DNA of 64,000 nucleotides from NCBI GenBank assembly GCA_905331295.1, contig CAJNYD010000034.1:1-64000 (forward strand), read 5' to 3'. The translations under genes and the position numbers were made by a program. This DNA comes from Rotaria socialis. Taxonomy: Eukaryota. Positions 54,401 to 64,000 of the stretch are shown here, one piece after another; the stretch's first letter is position 1; each line of letters begins with the position of its first letter. A model generated the notes under the pieces. It did not search any database and was not told the origin of the DNA. It saw only the letters and a program-made list of their open reading frames with translations.

Positions 54401-55392
54401 TTATCCTATTTATTCAGCTTGTTTGATGTCTTCAGAGTAAGAAAGTTAAAAGAATCATCAATCTGATTAGAGTTCAGAATCCGAGAGAAAATCTCAATAT
54501 TCTTGAGTAAGTTCGATAAAAACATGAACAAAAGAAATAGCCAGATATTTTACTAAAACTGAATATCGGACCTTTCATTTCTTTCTGAATAGAATTGCCG
54601 AATTCGCTACACCATCAATCAGATGAAAATCTCACAAAATCGCCATGTAGATGGAAATCACAATGCCGCTTACGTACTGATCATTCTCATTGCGATCACT
54701 TTTATCATCCTGGTGATCAACAACATGAAAGTCATCAACAAGGAAGTGCTTCACGTACACCATGTGAATGGGGTTCCGATTGTAATGATCAAAGACATGA
54801 ACATAGAGCAAACTTTTCGCATCCTCACGATGACAAACGGCAAGATCAAAAACGAAAACGCTGTTTTTATGGTGTCAACTGTCTTAAACAATTTTCAGAC
54901 AAGGGTCATCATCACAATTTAAAATACTCACATCCATGTCGATTTGCTGAATTATGTGGACATCCAGAAGAACATTTAACGCACGAACCTCAACAAGTAT
55001 CGAATTGTAAATACGACAAGAGTTGCAGAAATTTAGGCGATCCCATGCATCGATCAAAGTATCGTCATACTGATCTTCCGTATTTTCTCATACCCTGTCA
55101 GGACCAAGATAAATGCCACGACACATCGAATGAACATCGCAGCGAATATTCGCATGGTGAAGAAGTTTTCGAAACGAATGCTAGAACAGAGGATAGCAAT
55201 CGTGATCGATTAACACAGTGCAAATGGGGTTCGCAATGTCGTCATATTACAGATGCAGATCATTGTAGAATGTATTCTCATTTATCCGACAATCAACATC
55301 GAAATGATCGTCTTGTTCCTTGCCAATGGAAAGGAAAGTGTCATGATCACACCAGTTATCATCGAGCTAAATTTTCGCATCCCTCGACTTAA
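51460..55392 (+). CDS. Fusion protein: stonustoxin/verrucotoxin-like pore-forming region + NCS-type EF-hand module + ~8 PBZ-like zinc fingers (958 aa)
   Basis: Exons 51460-52262, 52456-53180, 53253-53358, 53426-53485, 53551-53686, 53750-53946, 54188-54237, 54593-55392 sum to 2877 nt, all GT-AG and phase-matched. Motifs: QAFGRHGFIGSLYDIRSD, LSLMAGLIQLEGSAKYL, ATHCVISIIWGA; DIEKWHKEFIESHPNGEM...YPNGDP...DKNHNGLISFTEF; C-x5-C...H-x5-H(P) repeats. Confidence 0.85.
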
Positions 55393-56387
55393 AAATATCT
55401 TATAAATATTATAGATTTCGTTGTATAATAATCATGTAAAATTATAATGTAATACATGACCATTTAAATTGAAAGAATGTTGTGTTTTGTTCAACTCATT
55501 TTAAATTATACACCTAGCATTTTTTTAATATTTCGCAATACATTTTTGACTACAAATACTCTCATTCTATAAAACTCAAAAAGATTAAGAAAGCAACAGT
55601 ATGTTAGTTACAAACAATCTCATTTATTTATTAATTATTTCAGAGAAAATTTCATCACAGTAATCTTTATTTGACCCAATTTTTATGAAAAAAAAGTAAT
55701 TTATCAAATACCAACAACAAAATATTGAATCATTTCTTAAGTTTTAGTCAGAATCAATGAAATCTTCAGAAATAATGCAGTGATTTGTGAAATTTTGCAT
55801 ACCTGCTCGCTTCGAATATGTTTTCCGACTTTTCTCAACAGAAAATACCTAAACCTAATTTGATATGCTGTTTAGTCGTCTCTGAAACACATTCTCTCAC
55901 TATGATCATTCTCCTTTCTCAAATCTTAAATCTTTCATGAATGTTCTTACCAAGAAGATTGTTATATTGCCGCTAACTACTCAAGAAACTTCATAAAACT
56001 TATGAAGCTAAAACAAAGAGAATAATTTTCCGTTGTTTGTTTTTTATACGATATCAAGTCATTCACAGATAATAATCTTCATTATGAGCATAACAGTATA
56101 TCTAAGTGCTAAGTGTTGAAATAATGCCGAAGTTCTCTTTCATGATATGTGTATAGGTACGAGTGAATAGATGTCGCATTCATTAAATGTTCTGAAGAAT
56201 CTATGTGCTTTATTTTATTCAAAGTTGTATTTTTCATTCAAAACGAATAGAGTTATATTTTAATCTTCTTTCACTTTTACTAGTAATGAAATGCATGGTC
56301 CCTAAGCAACATTAAAAAGCTTCAATAGATTCATGGTTGACAACATTCTCTATTTGTTTTCGCTTCACATCAATCAATTGCATAGAA

Positions 56388-56830
56388 ATGGATGCAAAAC
56401 CAGTTGATGACCCTCCACATTCAACAGAAAAATATGATGAAGGTGCATTATTACCTGAACAACAGAAAAAAATCAATGAATTAAAAGTGATTTTTAGAAT
56501 ATTCGTATTTTTCTTTAATCTAATGTGAAATTTTATTTAGATTCAAAAACGTATTGAAAACGAACGCTATCTTCAAAAACATCCGGAATTAAATATTTTA
56601 ATGAGAGACTTTATTCGACAAGCTTGTCTACAGAAACCGGAAGATATCCGTCAATTTTCAGCTGGTATGTTTTGTTTTGCACTAAATTATGAAAATTGAT
56701 TTTTGCCTTCCATAAAGGTTATTTTACTCATCCCATGCTTGAAAAACGTATTGAAAATTTAATCAAAAAACAAATAGAAACTATCAATGCCGAAGTTAAA
56801 GTTATTTCTGAAGAAATATTTCAACGTTAA
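56388..56830 (+). CDS. RIIAD1: RIIa (Dpy-30/RIIa docking) domain-containing protein 1
   Basis: Three exons: MDAKPVDDPP...YDEGALLPEQQKKINELK|IQKRIENERYLQKHPELNILMRDFIRQACLQKPEDIRQFSA|GYFTHPML...EEIFQR*. Confidence 0.85.
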
Positions 56831-56892
56831 ATAAACAGAAGAGCAACGTTTATTTTTGTTCATTTTTCTTTTGAATGATTTGTATGCATATT

Positions 56893-58747
56893 TTAATTTT
56901 TTAACATATCTGCAAGTAATTTTGACATGGATATTTTACCAATGATACGTGAAAAATAAGTTTTTTCCACAAATATTGATGGTATACTACGAATTAATGG
57001 TAATGTTAAAAGTAAACGACCAAAACTAAATATGAAAACATTCTTTTCATTTGAATTATAAGACGAGAAATTAACTACCGTGTTGGCTGTGTCGGATTAT
57101 GAATTCTTATGAATTGTGCCAATGTTATTTGTGCTTGATCTTGTACAGTCTCAATTGTTTTAACTTCGATCAATGTTCGAATATCTGTGTGAAGGCAAAA
57201 AAAAGAAAATCGTTTATAAAAAGAAAAGAAAAAGACATAGTATGTCCTACCAAATCGAAATAAAACAATGGTTTTTAAACAAGCAAATTCAATAGGATCA
57301 AGTTGCAATTGTTTGAATATATAAAAAATATCGTGAATTGATTTTTCATCTTCATTTTGATGATGAAGAACAGTATAATGAAAAATTGGTCCGCCACCAT
57401 CCAATGGGATAGAATATTGAATTGCCCAAAGAAGAAATAATTCTGACCATGATTCTTCCAATAAAATCAACTAAAGAAAGATATTATTTCTATTTGCTTA
57501 AATCTATATGAACGACAGTCCGACCGACAGTCGTATCTCTACTTTTCTTTTGTCTTTAAACTGAATAATGCTACTTTTTGAAAAATAGAATTCATTCGAA
57601 TTGTTTATTTTTCTTTCATATCACATAATTTAGTTTACTTATTTGATGATATATGCATAGATGTGTGTTTCAAATAACATGCTATGTAGGATTAGATATT
57701 ATTTGACAACGTTTGAACTTGTTTCTTGAGATAAAAAATAAACAAATAAATACCTGATCACAGATAGGTAAATTTAAAAATGTTGGTAAATTACGTATCC
57801 ATTTGATAATCATCAAAAGAATTTGAGATGATATTATATAAACTGTATCATCGAGCTTGTTAACTAAATCATACTCATCTATTGAAAAAGAAAAATGATA
57901 TTATTTCATTTCTGTTTTTCTTCTTCTTCTTCTTCTTACGACTATGTTTTATCATTGACGATGTGCTACTTTGATGAGACGATGAATTGGATGTGATATT
58001 TGATACCTGTTGAAAAGGTAGATGATGCATAGCAGATATTATTTTCTCCGTATGATTATGATGAAGATCAATTGAATTGATTCGAACTTGAGAATCAGTT
58101 CGAGATTGACGTTCATTTTGTACAGCTGAATTTTTTAAATATTTTTGTCAATTCAAAAAAAACAATATATATATATATAATTTTACCCTCTTTTATCATT
58201 CCCATTTGTAAACACTATGAAAAAAAATAATATTTAATCTGTGTAAATAAATCTACAAGATGATTAAAAGTAACGGATATGCCGACTTTTTAAAAAGAAA
58301 TATCTTTCGAGAGAAAAATATAATTGCTGACATAAAATCTATGTAACTTACTTTTTCAAGTCGACACGCTTGACATTGATTTCGATTAGCCTTATCGATC
58401 ATGCATCTACCTGAGCTTGTGTGACACCTAAAATCTCAACAACAAAAAAATCCATTTTATTTTTTCGAACATACACGCTTTTACCGATAAATTAATTTTC
58501 GTCTAACACTTCGTTTAAAAAAGCCACTACAACCATTACATGCCAATATGCCATAATGTTTACCACTTGAATTATCTCCACAAACTTCACAAATTGAATT
58601 ATTAATATTTGTTGTCATTGCATTGATATCTGTATGTCTAGCGATATTAGTAAAATATTCGTGGGGTGAAATAGAATAAGGCTGTGCAAAATTGTATCGA
58701 TGATTTATGTATGAATGAGATTGAAAAATTGATGATGATAAACACAT
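56893..58747 (-). CDS. NR2E3: Photoreceptor-specific nuclear receptor (NR2E3/PNR/Hr51-like)
   Basis: [37 protein letters not shown]...[17 protein letters not shown]...[12 protein letters not shown] with [35 protein letters not shown]; ends KLLADMLKN*. Confidence 0.9.
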
Positions 58748-60410
58748 TGAAAGAGTACCAAAGGAGTTTTCTGTATTATAATCTATTTTGGGATCTGTTG
58801 AAGAATTCGATGGAGCTGCTTGTTTATCGTTACTATCATCATCTACTATTGAAAATAAAGGATGATTGAAATATTCAATAGTGTTAATATAACTATATAG
58901 AATAAACTAAACATGATGTCTTTACACATAAAACTGTTTTTTTGTAAGACAGACTTAGATTCTAGTCGATCGATATATTATATTGGATTGAAACGCGAAG
59001 AACTAGCACTCTTTTTCAGCTATTCACAGTTTTCATAATCATGATAGGTATGTTTACGTTCTCAAAGATTTCTTACCGTTATTCATTGGTGATGTCTTAT
59101 CTTCAATAATGTTAATGATTGAAATCGAAAATTGTCGTGAACGTGTCAAGTGTGCGATATGTGACAAGCGAAAGAGAAAGAGTACTACTAACGATCATCA
59201 TTGATCAAGGCAATTTTGAATGGTCAGAAAACAGAGAGCGAGAGAGAAAGAGAGAATCTATTTGATTGGCTCTTGTCAATTCAAGATGACAGCAAGAGAA
59301 GGAAATCATATCAATTTTTTTGTGCCTACTGTCAACGAATCATGAAGATTATAGAAATAGAACAGCAAAATATATTTTCTACCGTTAAATTGAGACTACT
59401 CGTTTTGTCATAATCAGAACTTCTACAGTGGCATCTTCTATTGTCTTTTTCTAAATTACACATCAGATATTATATTTTTATCTCAATTGCATTGTCAACT
59501 GCTTTGTTCTTTGAAAATAAGTGATGCTTTATAATCTAGTTTAGACATATGGAGTAGTCTTGATCAAATCCATACATCGATACTCTTCAATGGTAAAATA
59601 ATATAAAGATTCTTACATGATGTTAATCAATTAAAATGTTTCGATTTTATTTACGTAGTATCTTCTCCTACATTGTAATCAATCTCTTAATTGACCAACA
59701 ATACACACATTTCCTTGCCGTTTTTTATCATGTGAAACAAACAATGTATGCTATTATCTTACTATTTCAAGTAATACGAACGTTATATTCTACTCTTACT
59801 TATTAGTAAAAAAAGACTTATTTTCATGCATTTTCAATCGTTGAGCAAGCAAATAAAACATTGGAATGCATTGAATCAAATGATAAAATTTTAGAAACAA
59901 GAATTTAAAAAAAGGATTGTCTAACTGCATTCATTCTACATCGCGTGTAGTTTCTTCATATATATTTTACACTTGAAGTTTACGTTTTTCTTTTCTCTCT
60001 ATTGTTTAATGAGACACGCAGAAAATCTATGCCAATCATTATGTCGATCTGCCAACAGCAAGTAGCTTTATCCTGACTTTAACAGGATTTGTCACATACA
60101 TTTGGCATGTCTCATTAACATTGGATACGTTTGTAATCGTATAATATAGCCTTAAATCTCGTTTCACACATACACACTATGCGTTATATAAAAAGAAGAA
60201 AACCAAGAAAAAGAGTTATATCACAGTGAATGTGAAAATAGCTCAAGAATAATCTGTCTCTATATATATACATACACAAACGCGGATATAGTAATGGTTA
60301 TGAGCATGAAATCAAGGATAGCACAATCAAAAAAAAAAGAAAGGAACATGAAAGAATCAAATGATCGACTAGCAACAATAATGTTTTTATAAGTGTTTTT
60401 TTATTTTTAT

Positions 60411-63400
60411 TTAAAGTAGACCAAATCCTTCAGCATTATTGATTGCAATTAATAGTTTTTCTCGTAGCTTGTCAATGGATGAATAATCAGGAAGAAGGAA
60501 AACATTGAAACAAGTATGAGCTGTCGGCAGACGATCAGTATCAGGACCATTTCGAGATATAATTAATTTCAATCGTGCTAAACCACCGATACTAAAATGT
60601 TAATAAAAAAAAATTGTTTAGTTTGATTATATTAATGAGAAGAGGAACGCTTACGGTGCACGATCACTACCCGTTGTGAATCGAAGAAATTTTCGTTTTT
60701 GTTCATCAGTAAAACTCATTAAGACATCCCAAAAGTTTCTAAAAAAATACACATTAAAGCAAATTAATTCAATATGAAATCAATGACAACAAGAAAATTA
60801 AATTAATCGTAGGCAAAAAAACGATAATTCTAGTGAATACTGCCCCATTTTTTAACAATGTGTGTACCCAATTCACTGTAGGTCTGAATAAAAAGGCGAA
60901 GCAATCATTCTTCAATGTCGCATAGATAATTTTGACGAACAATATTAGGAGGATTTTATAAATGTACTTGAAAAATTAGATTTAGTACCATTTGCAGTTA
61001 CTAAGTCAAAAAAGTGGATCGTATTCTTTCTTCATCATTTATAGATTATCTTTATTGGAATATTAATATTATTGCGAAAAATAAAAAAAATCCTTTTTCT
61101 TTAAAATTGATCATATTTTTTAATTGTGATATAAGTATCTATAGAAGACTAAGGATCTACTTCGTCCATTTCTAACTAGTCCGATAAGAGCACTATGAAA
61201 TATACAAAATGTCAATATTTGCAAACGCAAATTATCTTACCTAATGGTTGGACTATCCTTTGAATAGCCACCATCATATTCGGCAGCTGTAGCAAGTTGA
61301 TTAAAATCTAATACTTGGCTACCAGCAACGAGTAGTTCAATTTCGTCGGGTCGAAAAAGTTTTCGTAATGAGCTATCACGTGTTACTAATAAAAATCCAT
61401 GAAAGAATGGATGAAATTGTTTTTCAACACTTCTATTTAATATTAAATCACTGTAAAGACGTACAAATTCCTATGAATCAAGAAATATAAGATGTAAGAA
61501 ATAAAGTTTAAAAGAAAAGTTGTTTTCTTTTTGTTTTATCAAATAACCTGTCGATTATCACTTGTTACTGGCATATTTTCACCATTTTCTTTTAAATCAT
61601 ATACAACGCGTGAACCAGTAGCGTCAGTAATACCAACTTGAAATGTTGAACCAAACGCATTTTCAATCGTTTCACCTTGTTGCTGTTCATCAAATGATAA
61701 AAGACTTTTTAAGCTCTTATAAATTGTCTAAAGATACTTTTTGTGTAAAACAAAACAAATATTCAAAAAATGAAGGTCTCTACCGGATGTGACGTTTCAA
61801 GATCTTCGAAAGTTCCAACTTTACCCATCAATTTTCGATAGAGAATAGGTGGAAATTTAATATCAAGAATAACTGAATTATAGATCGCTAAACCTAATAG
61901 CATGCCAATTAAAGTATATTCACGATCGAGATCTTCAGCTGCTGACGGATTAAACCATAGAGAACGTGTTTCTTCATCAGCCATAAACATACCTATGATA
62001 GGACAAGATTTGTTTTTTGTACAATAATTCAAGATCTGTTAAGAATTCTCTAGCAAACAAGATTTTGATTGAATTGAATCAATTCTAATATTTCGTTTAG
62101 ATGAGTTCGAAATCTGCTTTTATTATTTTCGGGCAATGTGTATGAATGAATTGCAATCTTTTAGAATAAATAAAATTCTCACTATATGACAGTCATTTAT
62201 CGCCTATGTTGCAAATATGTAACCGTTCGTCTTTGATTGCGCATTGCCTACAGCTAATTTCAAGCTATCAGTTCAGTGTAGTACTTCTTGTAATGAAGCC
62301 AGTTGTATGTTAAACTACAATGTTGTTAGATTATATGAAACTTACACTGTAGTTATATAGGCATTGGATATAGTAGGTAACAAGTTTTACATTTACTTAC
62401 ATTGTTTTGGATACATGTCAAAACAAAAATACAAATCATTCATCTTACAAATGATTACCGAAAAAAGAGTTTCTGTTCAAGAATGTTCTCATTGACTCAA
62501 ATAGGTCGATCTCGCTGCAAATTTTAAACTGTCATAGTTATTAAATTAGTAACATACCATATTCAGGACTAAAGATTTGTTCAGTGATAAGTTGAAAGAA
62601 TTCTTTTGATAATCCACCTAGAAAAATTCAAAAAATGATTTCTTAGTTTTATTTTTCGAAGTATTTGTTTCCACGTACCTTCATCGTGACCTTGTTCGCC
62701 GTCAAATTCGACAAAGAATTGTTTTTTAAGTTCAGCTGGTTGTTCGATACCTTGATATTCGAGCTAGACAAAATAAATTGTCTTCTATAGAAAGAAAAGT
62801 TGCTTGTGGAGAAATGAGATACGATAGCATACAGCGATTAGAGCATCCTCAATAAGATGACCACGTCGGACACATATTTTAAAAAATGGATCAAGACGAA
62901 CACCGCTGAATATACTATGAAAAAATGATGTATGTCGTTGTCGATACATTTGTACTTTATTTTCGATGTTGAGAAGTGCTAGAAAAATAATCATAGCAAT
63001 TAAATAAAGAACTAGCAAATCATTCTTCATTACCGATTTTGTTGATTGTAGATAAAAAAAATGGATATAAAATAAATGAAAAGTGAAGAATATCAGGTCT
63101 TTGTCGAACAAAATCAAGATATTCTTTATTAATCTCGATTTTTTCATTAGCAAATTCATTAATAAAACTATCAAATGGTAAATAACCACGACGATATTCA
63201 TTTGGTTCAAGACCAAGTTTAATTTGTAGTGGATTTTCATAGAGAGATTCAATTTCATCTTGTTCACTCGTTGATGTACGCATTGTGAAACTTGTTGATC
63301 GATGACGTAAGGGAGAAGTCGCTGTAGCTTCTGGTCTATTCTCTCCTTGTTCAGCTGCCTGTTGTTGTTGTTGATTTTGCTCTTGTTCATTATGATTTCC

Positions 63401-63570
63401 ATCATCACCTACATCATCGTCGTTATGTCGTTGACGACGATTAATTAATTCAACTTCCATACGTTGATCGTTTTCACGCTCAGTTTCAATGATTTCCAGT
63501 ATTTGACGTTCACCACCAAGAAGATTTGCATAGAAAAGTATGCGCAATACATACAATCCTTCATGCATAC
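60411..63570 (-). CDS. UBE3A: HECT E3 ubiquitin ligase, UBE3A/E6AP-like (5' end not found, probably beyond the window)
   Basis: NPLQIKLGL...[82 protein letters not shown]...AEGFGLL*. Confidence 0.92.
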
Positions 63571-64000
63571 CTATTCAAAGAAGAAATCAAACTATTACCT
63601 CTATATTTCATGCGATCATCAATACTGTTCTATTGATTTCTCAATCGATAAAAAGTCAATGTTGATATATATTTACAGACAGAGTTCATTTTTTTGTTCT
63701 ACTTGCAGTATTTCGTTTTATATAAACATACCTTGATGAGTAAGAAATAACTAAAAACTACTTTAATTTATAGTCTTTATCTGGCAGTCTTAATATAAAG
63801 CATGTACTCCTTTTTTCGAAACGATAATAAGGATTGATTCTAGTTGGATCGAGTAAATTAGAAACAAGCTCTTTTACTTGTTCCTAATATATGTATTCGG
63901 GTTTACTTGCTAACATAAATTTAGACAGCTATCGTTAGATTACTTCAAATAGAACTAGCACAGAAGACTTACTTTACTTAGTTAAGTACCTATTTGAAAA

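Overview
AT-rich animal genomic DNA with many short (about 50-70 nt) GT-AG introns. Gene content and style suggest a bdelloid rotifer (inference, not proven). The first 35 kb holds mostly conserved genes: a tandem trio of NR1J-type (CESCKA P-box) nuclear receptors (the first a pseudogene), a Ser-rich orphan gene, a degenerate syntaxin-like locus, SNAP-25, a secreted Ly6-like + EGF-repeat protein, an isolated Hox4/Dfd gene, and the mRNA capping enzyme head-to-head with an IDH2-type isocitrate dehydrogenase. The 35-56 kb stretch is a TE-rich accessory zone (pogo deletion derivative, MULE relic, several MITEs, a probable Helentron/HINE-type element, three nested insertions). It also holds a two-exon neuropeptide precursor (ASLRPYA-amide x3, ASLRPANYM-amide), a ZNRF-like RING-H2 gene, an orphan LicD exon and a membrane protein with a duplicated bacterial-looking repeat. 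The most notable gene there is an intact 8-exon, 958-aa fusion of a stonustoxin-type pore-forming region, a neuronal-calcium-sensor EF-hand module and about 8 PBZ-like (poly-ADP-ribose-binding) zinc fingers. The window ends with RIIAD1, NR2E3/PNR and the 3' part of UBE3A. All gene models were spliced by eye and family calls rest on recalled motifs; no database search was run.
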